Below, piece by piece: positions 1-12,215 of a DNA stretch of 64,000 bases (the first letter of the stretch is position 1; each line of letters begins with the position of its first letter). The stretch comes from Callorhinchus milii (lineage: Eukaryota), in assembly GCF_018977255.1 (NCBI RefSeq), contig NW_024704743.1:109184001-109248000 (forward strand). Reading direction: 5' to 3'. The translations under genes and the position numbers were made by a program. The notes beneath the pieces are model-generated. The model ran no database searches. It worked only from the letters and a program-made list of their open reading frames with translations, and was not told where the DNA came from.

Positions 1-470
1 ACCTACAAGGCCATTCACGGCCTTGCTCCCTCCTACCTCTCCAACCTACTATCCCCCTACCTACCTGCCCGTACCCTCCGTTCCTCTGGCTCCGGTCTGC
101 TCCACGTCCCCGCCCCAACCGCCCTACTATCGGTGGTCGGGCCTTCAGCCTCTCAGCCCCGAGGCTCTGGAACTCCATCCCCCAGTGCCTTCGCCTTGCT
201 TCCTCCCTTTCCTCCTTCAAGGCCGGTCTCAAAACCTTTCTCTTTGACCGTGCCTTCAGCTCCCCTCTCGACTCTCTTCCTCCTCCTCGCTCCCTCCCTT
301 CCCTCCCCTCACCCTGACCATTTCCCCTCCTCTCTCCCTCCCTTCCCTCCCCTCACCCTGACCATTTCCCCCCTGCTCGGGTCATGACCCAACTGTGCAG
401 CGCCTTGGGACGTCCTCCTGACGTGAAAGGCGCTCTATAAATGGAATCTTGTTGTTGTTGTTGTTGTTGT
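1..470 (+). mobile_element. L2-clade LINE 3' end (young), (TTG)n tail
   Basis: ORF2 C-terminal motifs (TYKAIHGLAP...GGRAFSLSAPRLWNSIP), 3' stem-loop, (ttg)n tail; 38-nt internal tandem duplication at 290-327/334-371. Confidence 0.9.
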
Positions 471-2159
471 TAGTTGCGGAAGGGCAGGAGGATACTCATG
501 TGGAGCATAAACACTGGCATAAACCCGTTGGGCCGAATAGCATGTTTCTGTGTTGTATTCTCTAATGTATTCTAAAGGATTGCACTTCAAGGAGCAGGCA
601 CAGACATGAATGGCCGAATAGGTTTCTTCTATTTCCTTCTATGCTGTAAATTTCTATGGTTCTATGGTTTCAGAGTGGGATTGTTCTTACCTGCTTGGAG
701 TTTGGGATGAGGTAAGCAATCCAAAATTAAACTATAGGAAATCCGACTTTGGCTTCATAATTATGCTTTAATGCAGAGATCCGTGAATGTCACTGCAGCT
801 GCTTCATTTATCAACCAAATCCAGGAGAAAGTGTGCTGACATATGATTAAATGTCTCCTAACACCTGACAGGGTAAGATGAATCAGATGACCTAAAGAAT
901 CTGAATATCATATTGGTTCATGGCTTCAGACTAATGTTCATTGTCATCTGATAGAAGTGCTTGGGTGAAGGCACATACTAAAATTGATTTATCTCAAGGC
1001 AATGCAGGATATAATCATAATAGCTTTTTTTAATTAATTATGAACAAACTGAATATAAATATCATCCACTTAATTCTACAACGGTGATTATATTTTAATA
1101 ACTTGAAAACCTTTTTGGGGCAAAAAATCACGTCAACGTAATTTCTTTTTCTCGGCACCTTATTTCATGACGTTTTCAGCCATTCTGCCCCTGTTCTCTG
1201 GAACTCCATCCCAGCAATGCCTCCAACTCGTTCGCTGACTCATTCACTCTCCTCGTTCAAGCCCTGCCTCAAGAACTACTTCTTTAACATTTGATCATCT
1301 TTCCCCTCCCCACTACCCTCAATTCCCATCCCCAGCTCGGGTGTCCAGCTGGCATTGTCAAATGCTTTGAGGCATCTTCCCGACATGAAAAGTGCTGTAC
1401 AAATGTATGGTTTGAATGGTATCAATCGTAGTTTTGTAGTAGAAATGGAAAAAACAGTAAAATATGACAAATAATTTATTAAATTCTGAATATTATTTGG
1501 ATAATAATAATAATCCTTACATTTGGTAAGGCACCTTATCACGTCTTTGAGATGTCTCAAAGCACTTCACGGGATATACTGTAAAGTGGAATGACTTTAT
1601 ATTTTGTTGATGAAAATATTGGCTTAAAAGTAGGCAAATGAGTACGCAGGTTGTTGCTGCATTAAAGAGGAAAATAAATGACTTCCTCAATATCCGCCCC
1701 ACAAATTTCTTGCAGTGGGTTTAAAATGGCTTGGAAGAGGGGAAGCAGTCCTATGGGCGTATCCAAGGAAAGGATCCTATCAGGAAGAACTTATCGGGAT
1801 GCAAACCATATATATCCTTTGCCTAAACTATGTTTGACGACATGTTTACTCACACTGGGTGAGTCAGTCTAAACCCAAATGGCAAAAAGCTGAATGTTAG
1901 TCAATACCTGGTTTCAAGGTCATCTCAATAGTGAGTAATAACAAATTGTAATTATATAGCGCCCTTTACACAGGATAGCATCTGGAATACTACAGTACAC
2001 AGGAGGAGAATCTGCATAATTTAAAATCAAGGGAACTTATTTTATCCTCTGTATTATGCATTTCCAAAGTCACTGAGCTACAGGACAGTCCAGAAAAATT
2101 GAAAGAAGCTGCTGACTCTTCTAGTATTTTCCCAGCTTGTTAGAAACTGATGGTTTGTA

Positions 2160-2423
2160 TCAATGTTGAGGGTGAGAGGATTGATGTGTGCGCTGCAGGA
2201 GTTTAAGGTAATGTTCTCTACGCCTACTGGAGACTGTTAGTTCTTTCAACTTCAATTCAAATACCCTCAAGAAGCAACCTTTAGCTTTGCTGTCAGCAGT
2301 TTCACATTGCCTGGAAGCCTTCAGTGAACAATCAATAAATCGCAATAATTCCTGTTTCAACTCATGGCAGTAAAAGCCTTGAACAAAAAAGTGCTTTAAT
2401 ACCTGCAATATAGGCAGCAGAAT
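2160..2423 (-). CDS. Putative terminal coding exon of an unidentified minus-strand gene (ILLPILQVLKHFFVQGFYCHELKQELLRFIDCSLK...HPQH*)
   Basis: Strong acceptor gtgttttcttcttccttgcag|ATT; 87 open codons in non-repeat sequence ending at TGA 2162-2160; helical-looking peptide; no TE similarity recognised. Confidence 0.6.
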   Translation of the reverse strand: MLLPILQVLKHFFVQGFYCHELKQELLRFIDCSLKASRQCETADSKAKGCFLRVFELKLKELTVSSRRREHYLKLLQRTHQSSHPQH

Positions 2424-2904
2424 CTGCAAGGAAGAAGAAAACACTCAAATAAGAAGTTTAAAATGACAGAGAATACAAAAAAGAGAATAAAAAGTGCAAA
2501 AGGATATGAAATTAGAGGTTTGAAGTGGTATGGGGATAGGGCGGGGAGGTGGGATTGAATGAACACCTTCTCTGAGAGCCAGTGCAGACTCAATGAGCTG
2601 AATGGTCTCCTTCTGTGCTGCAAATGTCCATGGTACTGTTATAGCTGGACACAAGTTGAGAAAATATGATGATTATAGGACTCATAAAAGCATACAAGAA
2701 AAGATACATGGTGAGAGTACACTTAGATTAATCTACATTGGCATGTTACATTTGGATAATAAAAGCTATTTGTATAATTTCAATTTACAGAATGTGTGTC
2801 ATTTGGGGTCTTTTATTTCTAACAAATCTGCCTTCAAGACCAGGAAATCACTAATTTTTGAGTTTATCTCTGTTTCTTAGTCTGGTTTAGACCCAGAACA
2901 TGCG

Positions 2905-3107
2905 TCCTCCATCCTTATTGTTTCAACAGCATTTTTTTAAATTGAAGATTGCGCAGAATTTTGGAAAAATCTTAAATTTTGTCTTTTTAAGAACTGCGGA
3001 GAACTGGCTTCCAAATTAAAACTGAATATAAGAATTTTCCAGATTTCTGCACAATCTTACATCTTAGGCGGTGGTTTTAAAGCTAAGACTATGAGAATTT
3101 GGGGCTT
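2905..3107. mobile_element. Palindromic MITE-like element
   Basis: Inverted arms aagattgcgcagaattttggaaaaatctta / taagaattttccagatttctgcacaatctt; related copy at 39803-40030. Confidence 0.65.
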
Positions 3108-3734
3108 CTAGGGTGGAACAGGAAGGGCTTGTGATCTTTAAGCAATGTATAGTTCCCATACTTATGTTTCATGTGCTAATTTTCTTTTGTATTGAAGCAT
3201 TTCATCAATGGCTGTTGATGAAACAGCCATTCAGAGAATTAAGTATTTTTCACTTTATCCCAGCGGCCAAGGATTAAGCACTATTCATATGCTTTGGCTA
3301 TGTTGCGCTATTGTTTCAATTCTATGATATATAGAAATATATTGCAAATGAGAGACCTGGGTTCGATTCCCGGCAGGTTTCCTTACTCCATATGCCTCCT
3401 TTTAACTAGAAGTAAGTAGGAATCCAGTTGTTAGTCGATTGGCTTTTCCAGGAGTAATAATTCCTTCAAAATAAATAATAATAATTTGGTCACTCAATCC
3501 AAGACTGTTTGTGGGACACTATTGTGCGCAATTGGCTGCCGAATTTCGCCCACAAAATATACAGTTAATTCACTTTACATTCTGTGAAGCGCTTTGAGAC
3601 GTCTCGGAGAGCTGATAAGGCGTACTGTCAAATGCAAGGATCATTATCATTATTATTATTATATTCAGTTACCATATTACACAAATTAAGAAATCCAGAA
3701 GGTTTCCACTTCTTTACTCCCATAAAATTCTTAC

Positions 3735-3795
3735 TGTTGTTGCTCTTCTGCAACTTATTTTCTGTTTCAGAATCTTGTATTGTAGTCTTCTGACC
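3735..3795 (-). CDS. Candidate internal exon (VRRLQYKILKQKISCRRATT)
   Basis: Acceptor ccatttgtttgattacag|, donor aca|gtaaga; starts in phase 2 and ends in phase 0, matching the 5745-5773 exon and the terminal exon. An alternative reading (3673-3795, donor atg|gtaact, different frame) is also open. Confidence 0.45.
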
Positions 3796-3984
3796 CTGTA
3801 ATCAAACAAATGGAAGTTTGCAAAGCTAGGGGCTGAGATGCTTCTCACCACAATGTGCAAAATTGCTCTTATTCCTTGAATGCCATAATAATATGCAGTT
3901 GTGGCATCAAGGATGATTGACTGTTGATGGATGATCAAAATTCGTATTTGGGAATATCCCGAAAACACAGCAACATGCCTGACA

Positions 3985-4458
3985 ATTCGAATTCAAGATC
4001 CGCATTCGAATTCAAGATCCTCAACCTCACCTACAAGGCCATTCACGGCCTTGCACCCTTCTACCTCTCTGACCTACTATCCCCCCACGTACCTACCCGT
4101 ACCCTCCGTTCCTCTGGCTCCGGTCTGCTCCACATCCCCCGCCCTAACCGCCCTACCATCGGTGGCCGGGCTTTCATTCTCTCAGCCCCTTGGCCCTGGA
4201 ACTCCATCCCCCAGTGCCTTCGCCTTTCTTCCTCCCTTTCCTCCTACAAGACCGGTCTCAAGACGTTTCTCTTCAACCGTGCCTTCAGCTTCCCTCTCGA
4301 CTCTCTACCCCCTCCTCGCTCCCTCCTTTCCCTCCCCTCACCCTGACCATTTCCCCCCTGCTCGGGTCCCGACCCAACTTTCCAGCTCCTTGGGACGTCC
4401 TCCCAACGTGAAAGGCGCTCTATAAATGCAATCTTGTTGTTGTTGTTGTCGTTGTTGT
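3985..4458 (+). mobile_element. L2-clade LINE, 5'-truncated
   Basis: FKILNLTYKAIHGLAPFYLSDLL...WNSIP peptide; same 3' tail as 1-470. Confidence 0.9.
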
Positions 4459-5744
4459 GACAAACAATGGAATCAAGTTGTCAATAAAAACTACAACATC
4501 CATGAATCACTAGTTATAATTATAATAATAATTCTTGCTTTTCATGTCTTCTAGACGTCTCAAAATGCTTCACAGAATAGAATCTAAAGTGAATTGACTG
4601 TATAGTTGTGGGTGAAAGCGGCAGCTAATTGCACATAGCAGTGTCCCACAAACAATCATGGATTGAAAATGACCAATTTATTATTGTTTTGTTTTTTGGA
4701 GGGATTATTATTAGGCGTGTGGAGTAAGGAAACTTGCCTAAGGTTTCGCTCTGTTTGGAATTGAACTCAGGTCTCTCGCTTATAAAGATTATTTTGCTCA
4801 GAACATTGAACATTGGACGTTGTCCTTTGGATAAGCTGTTAAACCTAGGTCCTGTCTGCCTATTCATGTGAACTTTAAAGATCTCACAGCACTATTCAAC
4901 AAGAATACAGTGTCCATGCCAACAATCCCCTAGATAAAATTGTTCACTCTCATCAAGCCTGGTTATGGGAAATTACTGTGTGCAAATTAGCTGCCACATT
5001 CACCTACAAAGTACAGTCATTACCATTTACCATATCCTTGAAATTGCTTTGAGACATCCTATGACGTGAATGGCACTATATCTAATGTAAAGACAATTAT
5101 CTTTATTCAATAGATAAATGTGGCTAGAATGTTACTTTCGAAAGTAGCTGCAAAAGCCACTAACATAGAGTTTCAATCTGTACAGTGCCTGCAATAAACT
5201 TAAAATATATTGGTTTAAAATTGCTCCATTAATTGGATACAAATCTATTCAACGCACAACTTGGAAATAAAGTATTGTATTATGCTTTATGAAACTGGAC
5301 TTAAAACTCTAAAGTTGTCTTAATCGAAAGTGTACATTGTTCAGCAGAGGTCAGAAGTATAATTCCAGGCTTACAACAATGTATTAGTAACCTTCTCCCA
5401 ATGGCATTGCAAGATAACGATATTAAACAGCCTTTCCTTTGCCTAGTGTTTCATACTTCAGGAAATAAGATCTGTCCTCCCATCTTTGATTATTGCTCTG
5501 GCAAATGCATGAACACAGAGGTATTATGTTTCTGAGTTTCCCAGTTCCTTAGGTATTGGACTAAAGGGAGATGTATAATTTGTACAATTTAAAGAAAAGA
5601 TTGAAATGTTCCTGATACATCCAAAACCTATGCTAAGAAATGCACAGCTTAAAAGACTTTGTTTGACTTAGTTGGTGTGAGCATCTTTGCTAGTCTAACA
5701 GTGGCAATGACGTATTTTCAAATGAATCTATTTTGATGACTCAC

Positions 5745-5773
5745 TGAAGCAGCTCAAGATCCTGTGTACCCTT
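5745..5773 (-). CDS. Candidate 29-nt internal exon (KGTQDLELL-Q)
   Basis: Acceptor ctctgtgtttattatgcag|, donor ca|gtgagt; phase-2 end joins 3795 in frame. Confidence 0.4.
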
Positions 5774-6223
5774 CTGCATAATAAACACAGAGAATATGTT
5801 TGAAAGTCCATCCAAACTGAATACATAAACTGTACTCGACATGAATTTAGACTAAGATGCAAATGTAACTAGTACCACCAGGGTATAGATGGCAGAATTA
5901 AATTGGAGCGTCATATGTGAAAAGCAGATGGAGCAATGAAAGGAAAATTTTATTAATCCTAAAGAAACATCTTATTTCCTATGAGATATTAAAATACATA
6001 ACACACATTATAATTGTCAAAATTAATATCGTACAAATCAATGGATTTGTGACTTGAAGCCTCTGGTGATGGGAAAATTATATACAAAGCTTATCATCGG
6101 CATACAGAATTCCTCTTGAGTTTACAAACAAGTAAATACTGATTTGTCATTTCACAGTCAGATTATTACCTTAGAATAAATACAAAAGCACTTCAACCTC
6201 TTTCAAAAAGACATTGTTTCAAA

Positions 6224-6805
6224 AACAATAACAACAACAAATTGCATTTATATAGCTCCTTTCACTTTGGGATGACATCCCAAAGGGCTGGTCAGTCAAG
6301 AGTTTGCACCCGAGCTGGGGGTTGGAATCAAGAGGAGTGGGAGCCAAGTGGGATAGGGGTGGGAGGATGACCAAAGACACAGTCAAAGAGGAAGATCTTC
6401 AGATGGGACTTGAAGGAAGCAAGGGAAGGGGTGATGAAGGGACTCCAGGATGGAGTTCCAGATGGTGGGCGTCAAGGCTGAAGGCCTGACCACCGATGAT
6501 GGACCGGACAGGGAGAGGGACATGGAGCAGGCCGGTTCCTGACAATTGGAGAGATCGGGAAGCTTGGTAAGGTGTTAGTAGGTCACAGAGGTAGGGAAGA
6601 GCAAGACCATGGAGGGCTCTGAAAGTGAGGGCGAGGATCTTAAGCTTGATCTTCTGGGGGATGGGGAACCAGTGAAGCTGGGTGAGGATAGGGGTGATCG
6701 GTTCATGGAGCTTGGCACGGGAGAGGACACAAGCTGCAGAGTTCTGAATTGTCTGCAGCTTGCGGAGTTGGGTGAGCAGGGAGTTAGCATAATCAAGTCT
6801 AGATG
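6224..6805 (-). mobile_element. Older L2 LINE 3' fragment
   Basis: (caa)n tail on the plus strand; diverged ORF2 C-terminus. Confidence 0.8.
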
Positions 6806-6916
6806 TGATAAACTAGAGTAAATGTCAGAAATTCTTTGAACTTGGCTACAATGTGTGGGAACATGTTTCTCAGTCAATGGGAGGTCATTTTGTTTGGGAA
6901 AAATAAGCACACTTGC

Positions 6917-7259
6917 TACACTGTAATAAATCATTGCACAAAATTTGAGACTCATTTGTAATTTGTTTTCTCAAAGTTTCTTCAGCCTCGTTGCCTACGA
7001 GAGGTAGACTATTTCTGAAACTATTTGCCCCCTTTTCGAGTGAATTTAAAACCCTAATTAGTTTATAAATCATATCATTAAAATTCGTAAAGAGCAGATA
7101 ACATTTAAAGGTGTCCAGGATAAAGACATTAATTGGGCTCTTGATGTATTGGGCAATTATTAGGACAATCTTACTGATGAAAAACTTTTGTAAGGTCACA
7201 AGAATAGCAGCCATCCATTTATAAATGTACTGAAGATCATCTCTGTTGATAGCTTGATT
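6917..7259 (-). CDS. Candidate exon(s) (NQAINRDDLQYIYKWMAAILVTLQKFFI...LEKGANSFRNSLPLVGNEAEETLRKQITNESQILCNDLLQC)
   Basis: Lies in a 139-codon ORF (6885-7304) in AT-rich non-repeat DNA; acceptor ttacag| at 7259; a good donor ca|gtaaga at 7175, or read-through to a weak or GC donor near 6917; 3' boundary unresolved. Confidence 0.45.
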
Positions 7260-7910
7260 CTGTAATTTCTTTTTAAAGAAAAGTAGTAAAATGTCCTTTT
7301 TCATACCAAATGATTTCCAGGTAGAATTTCAACTTCAAATCTCCATTTATTTTACTCTGAAAATAAAGAATCATATCTGAGTTCGTATTTCACAGAATCA
7401 TAGAAATTTAAAGCAGAAAAGGAGACTACTCGGTCTACTGAGTCTGTACCAGCTCTCAGAGCAAGCTGTTTATTCTCAGAGCAAGCTGTTTATTCATTCC
7501 CACCTCCCTGCCCTATCCCCATAACCCGTCAAGCCTCTGTCTTTCATATATTGTACCTGTCTACTTCTTTCTTGAAATCCACAATAGATTCAACTTCTCT
7601 CACTGGCAAGACATTCCACATCTCAACAACTCTCTGAGTGAAAACAAACTAAATGATCATAACTCAGCTTGGCTCAAATTTAATCGAGTGAATTAAATTC
7701 AGTTACTCTAATTTATGAACAGAAGTAACATGCATCCGTGTGCGCAATTGGTTGCCGCGTTTCACCCACAAAATACACAGTCACTCCACTTTGCAGTAAT
7801 TCCTGTGAAGCGCTTTGAGACGTCTCGAAGACGTCTCAAACATTATTAGACATTGGCACTCTCCCAGCACTGCATGGAGACAGACATCCAAAGAAAAAAG
7901 AAACACTCAC

Positions 7911-7961
7911 AAAGTGACAGAGCAAAATGTGAAGATATTGACAGTTAAGTGGATCACTGAA
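7911..7961 (-). CDS. Candidate 51-nt exon (FSDPLNCQYLHILLCHF)
   Basis: Acceptor ttctcgttcag|, donor ttt|gtgagt; phase 0/0; joins 7259 in frame. Confidence 0.4.
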
Positions 7962-8344
7962 CTGAACGAGAATTCCGAAAATGAAACTGGTTCAACCTAA
8001 TTGCTTAACAACATCACCATTGACAGCATAATTAGGTACAAGAGAAGCTTAATAGCATTTCATCAAATAAACTTCAATTAAACAAATCATAACAAGCCTT
8101 TAGCAAGAATGTCAGTTAGCATGTATGAATTTATGCCACGTTAAAGTGGATTTATTGAATAGTGTCTTTATAGCGTATATTGCTGTTATTATTGGTCATA
8201 ATTCATTAGAGTACAGTATGTATTCCATGACTATACTGAAACAAATTTATGTATCAAGAACAAGTTAAGTCTGAAACCACAGCATAAAGCTCATTGTGCC
8301 ATAATAACTAAACCAGCAACAATTAAACTCTAGACTTTTAACAG

Positions 8345-8406
8345 GCTCAAGGATACTCAAGTCTTCCTGGGCTGGTCTTTTATTTAAAGATCTTAGCTCG
8401 TAAACT
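8345..8406 (-). CDS. Candidate exon (R-VYELRSLNKRPAQEDL...), donor unresolved
   Basis: Acceptor tttgctttttcattag|; phase-2 start matches the 9436 donor; no strong donor found. Confidence 0.3.
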
Positions 8407-9014
8407 CTAATGAAAAAGCAAATGCTAATCACAAGATCTGCAGCCTTGGAGTATCTCAAAGTATTGTTCTGGGTCTACTTTCGCAACCACATTTAAAATT
8501 TTAAATACATTCTATGGTCCCTTCTGAGACATTTCTTTTCAAGGCTGAAGAGCCCTAGCTTATCTAATCGATGCTTATAGCTCATTCCTTTAACACTGCG
8601 GATCATTCTCATTCCTCTCCTCCGCAAATATTAGAACAACAAACTTGTGAGAATTATTAATTCATGTAGCACTACATGCTTATAATAATTACTGCAGAAC
8701 AAAATGTTCATTAATATATTCCAGGAAGGGTTCTGGACTCCTGGATACTAGGCTTATTTGAGAAATAATTGGGGAAATGGTAGGATAGGTAATCTGAAAG
8801 GAAGAGATCAAGTTAGCTGAAGGACCTACTTCATCTGAAACTCTCTTGTAGTTTTGTGATTATGAAACACAATGTTTTAGACCCCACTATTTCAGTTTTG
8901 ACAAAGGGTTTTATTCTGGTAAGTGATTGATTTCAGTTCAGATATCAAATATCAGTGCAATTCATGTCATCAATGTTTGATCTTCACCCTGGAAAATTGT
9001 CAGTTTTGATACCA

Positions 9015-9190
9015 TTCAGAGACTTGGACCTGCTGAAGAGAGACCCTAAAACATTCCAAGCATTCCATGTACAGTGCCAGTGCCGGATTCTTGGAATATA
9101 TTGGTTCAACCGTGTTACGATTGACAGTGTCAGCTCAGACCAATGTGTGCACTAACATAGCTTTGAGGATCATTGGTCATTTTCTTTCCA
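9015..9190 (+). mobile_element. RTE-clade LINE fragment
   Basis: FQAFHVQCQCRILGIYWFNRVT resembles the post-RT motif (AFxxxCxRRILxIxWxDxVTN) of RTE elements. Confidence 0.6.
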
Positions 9191-9435
9191 TGTTGGGCAA
9201 GTTTCCTTACTCCACACGCCTAACAATAATCCTTCCCAAAAGACAAAACAATAATAAATTGGCCATTTTCAATGTTTGGGGACACTGCTGTGCACAATTG
9301 GCTGCCTCGTTTTGTCCACAAATATACAGTCAATTCACTTTACAGCATATTCTGTGAAACACTTTGAGACGTCTAGAAGACGTGAAAAGCGCTATATCAA
9401 ATGCAAGGATTATTATTATTATATGTTACCCCTAC

Positions 9436-9498
9436 CTGAAGTTTTGAAAGAGACGTTCAAAAAAATTGCACAAATTCAATTCAATTGCTTCCTTTAAT
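9436..9498 (-). CDS. Candidate 63-nt exon, duplicate copy A (LKEAIELNLCNFFERLFQNF)
   Basis: tttcattggaatgaag| acceptor, cag|gtaggg donor, open frame, phase 2/2; paralogous to 12812-12871. Confidence 0.5.
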
Positions 9499-9962
9499 CT
9501 TCATTCCAATGAAAGTATATCATCAAATGCCATTATAGCTCCTTAAAAATATACATTATCCTGTTTCTGTGGCCTTTATCTAGAATACTTTGCATTGTAC
9601 AATTTTGTCTGCTTCACTATGTTACATAAATCATTTATGTTTATTTTCAAACCCTAAGCACTATAATTCTTATACCTGCCTAACAACTGCAGGGTTTGAC
9701 ATTTCCACCCACTCATATTTGCCCCAAAGACATTGTTCTTTTGTAAATGCAATGGACACCATTTAAAAATATAAGGGGAGAATTTCCACCGAGGTCAGAT
9801 TTACTCTATTTATGTTGCATTTTAGAGCATTGATAATTTGGCAAATTGTTGAATTTAGTCTTAAGTTGAAAGAAACTCTCAATAAGCTGGATTCAAAGTT
9901 AAAGCTGTTTTTAAGAATTTGTCAAGTTGCAATGCTCTAGAATAAATAAAGCAAACGTAAAC

Positions 9963-10223
9963 CTCTGTATAATTTCCCCCTTGTCGAGAGACAGCACTAA
10001 AAATTTAAACTTCTCAAGAAATATTGCAGGCTCAATTAAATTTTCTCTCTCTGCTGATGATTTCAGGGTGTGCATTAGCGGACCAGCAGCATTCCACAGT
10101 AAGATGAGGGAGGAAGGGAATGTGTCCTTGAAGGTTTCTCTGCTCCCGTCACAATTTACTTAACTCGTTTTGATGGGCACCACTAGAGTGGTATCTTTTT
10201 CTTGCATCCTTTCTTTTACACTT
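9963..10223 (-). pseudogene. 261-nt exon-like segment with a single in-frame TAA (10162-10160)
   Basis: Acceptor cttacattttccaaaag|, donor cagag|gtttac, phase 2/2; reads SVKERMQEKDTTLVVPIKTS*VNCDG...FLEKFKFLVLSLDKGEIIQ. Confidence 0.3.
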
Positions 10224-10326
10224 CTTTTGGAAAATGTAAGATAATAATAATAATAATCTTTGCATTTGATATAGCGCCTTATCATGCCTTTGAGACATCT
10301 CAAAGCACTTCACAGAATATACTATA

Positions 10327-11148
10327 ACAACAACAACAACAAGATTCCATTTATAGAGCGCCTTTCACGTCGGGAAGGCGTCCCAAGGCGCTGTACAGTG
10401 GGTCAGGACCCGAGCAAGGGGGAAATGGTCAGGGTGAGGGGAGGGAAGGGAGGGAGCGAGGAGGGGGTAGAGAGTCGAGAGGGGAGCTGAAGGCTCGGTC
10501 AAAGAGAAAGGTCTTGAGACCGGCCTTGAAGGAGGAAAGGGAGGAGGCGGCGAAGGCACTGGGGGATAGAGTTCCAGAGCCTCAGAGCTGAGAGGCTGAA
10601 GGCCCGGCCACCGATGGTAGGGCGGTTGGGGCGGGGGATGTGGAGCAGACCGGAGCCAGAGGAACGGAGGGTACGGGCAGGTAAGTAGGGGATAGTAGGT
10701 TGGAGAGGTAGGAGGGAGCAAAGCCGTGAATGACCTTGTAGGTGAGGATGAGGATCTTGAATTCGATCCTCTGGGGGATGGGGAGCCAGTAGAGGCGAGC
10801 GAGGGTGGGAGTGATGTGGTCCCGAAGCCTGGTGCGGGACAGTACACGAGCTGCAGAGTTCTGAATGACCTGCAGCTTGTGGAGGGAAGTGCCGGGAAGG
10901 CCGACGAGGAGAGAGTTCCATAGTCCAGCCTTGAGGTGATAAAGGCGTGGACCAGGGTTTCAGCAGCGTGAGGGGTGAGGTAGTGCCGTAGTCTGGCGAC
11001 ATTCCGGAGGTGATGGAAGGCGGTGCCAGTTGTGGTGCGGATATGAGGGAGAAAGGACAGCTCAGGGTCGAACAGAACCCAGAGATTCCTGACTGACTTT
11101 GAGAGGTGGAGAGCGCAGCCTTGGATGCTGATGCTGTCAGCGCCTGAG
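10327..11148 (-). mobile_element. L2-clade LINE, 5'-truncated (young)
   Basis: VRNLWVLFDPELSFLPHI...HLRNVARLRHYL...LVHAFITSRLDY peptide; (caa)n tail. Confidence 0.92.
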
Positions 11149-11154
11149 AAGTTA

Positions 11155-12215
11155 AAGTTAAACAAAAGACAAAAATACTGCAGGTGCTGGAATCTGAAAC
11201 ATGAACAGCGAGAGCTGGGAAAACTCAGCGGGTCAGGCAGCATCTATGGAGAAAGGAAAGTGAGCCAATGTTTCGTTTCCACGACCCTTCGTCAGAACTG
11301 GGGCATGTTGGGAGGGAAAGGTTTTTAAGGACAAGTTGAGAGGGGGAGGCAGGACAAGGAAGACAAAGAAGACAAAAAGAAGACAAAGGAGAGAATGTAG
11401 AGAATGTATTAATTGATGGGTTAAAGAGGTAAATAGTGGCATAAAACAAAAGGGGGGTTATACAACAAAAGTGGGGTGGGTTGAAACAAAACTGGGGAGA
11501 AGAGGTGTTAATAATCCAGAACAGGCAATACACTAGAGAGAGGCAAAGAGTGTCTGGGGTGACGATTGTAATGGTAAGAGAAGATAACTCTTCTGGTAAC
11601 AGAAAGAGGGGGAGGGGGAAAGGTGAGCTGTTATGGTCTGAAATCGATATTGAGGCCAGAGGGCTGTAGGGTCCCTAGCAGATAGATAAGATAGATAAGA
11701 TGCTGTTCCTCAAGCTTTCAGTGTGGATCATTGGAACAGCGTAGGAGACCATGGATGGAGAGGTCAGACTGTGAATAGGAATGTGAGTTAAAATGGCAGG
11801 AGACCAGAAGATCAGGGTTGACCTTGCGTACAGAACGGAGGTGTTCTGCAAGTCGGTCACCCAATCTCGCTTAGTCTCCCCAATATGGAGGAGACTACAC
11901 CGTGAGCAGCGGATACAGTATACTACATTGGTGGTAGTACATGTAAACCGCTGTCTTACATGGAAGCTGTGTTTGGGGCCTTGAATAGTGGTCTGGGAAG
12001 AGGTGAAAGGGCAGGTATTACATCTGCTGCGCTGGCATGGGAAGGTGCCAGCTGTTAGTGCTGACGGCAGAATGAACAAGGAATCCCGGAGGGAACGATC
12101 CCTTCACATTGTGGAGAGGGAGGGGAAGGAAATATGTGTTTGGTGGATGAGTCGCGCTGGAGGTCCTGGAAATGTCGAAGAATAATGTGCTGAATCTTGA
12201 GGTTGGTGAGGATTA
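11155..12215 (-). mobile_element. Penelope-like element 3' part: GIY-YIG endonuclease remnant plus terminal region
   Basis: ORF 11675-12079: FPCQRSRCNTCPF...FTCTTTNVVYCIRCSRCSLLHIGETKR (PLE-type Cys linker and GIY-YIG); terminal segment gatgctgcctgacccgctgagttttcccagc resembles fish/shark PLE ends as I recall them. Confidence 0.88.
11262..11300 (-). ncRNA. Decayed minimal hammerhead ribozyme motif in the PLE terminus
   Basis: Minus strand CTGACGA-agggtcgtggaaac-GAAA-cattgg; core boxes intact, stems II/III degenerate. Confidence 0.55.

Noticed and set aside
691..864. AG/GT-bounded minus-strand segment
   Set aside because: Stops in all three frames, and it lies downstream of the putative terminal exon; at most a UTR exon
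7455..7494. 20-bp tandem duplication (also 15 bp at 42874-42903)
   Set aside because: Ordinary slippage duplications with no sign of function
10365..11243. 292-aa ORF, the longest in the track
   Set aside because: A chimera of the Penelope terminus and a frameshifted L2 ORF2; not a host gene or intact RT
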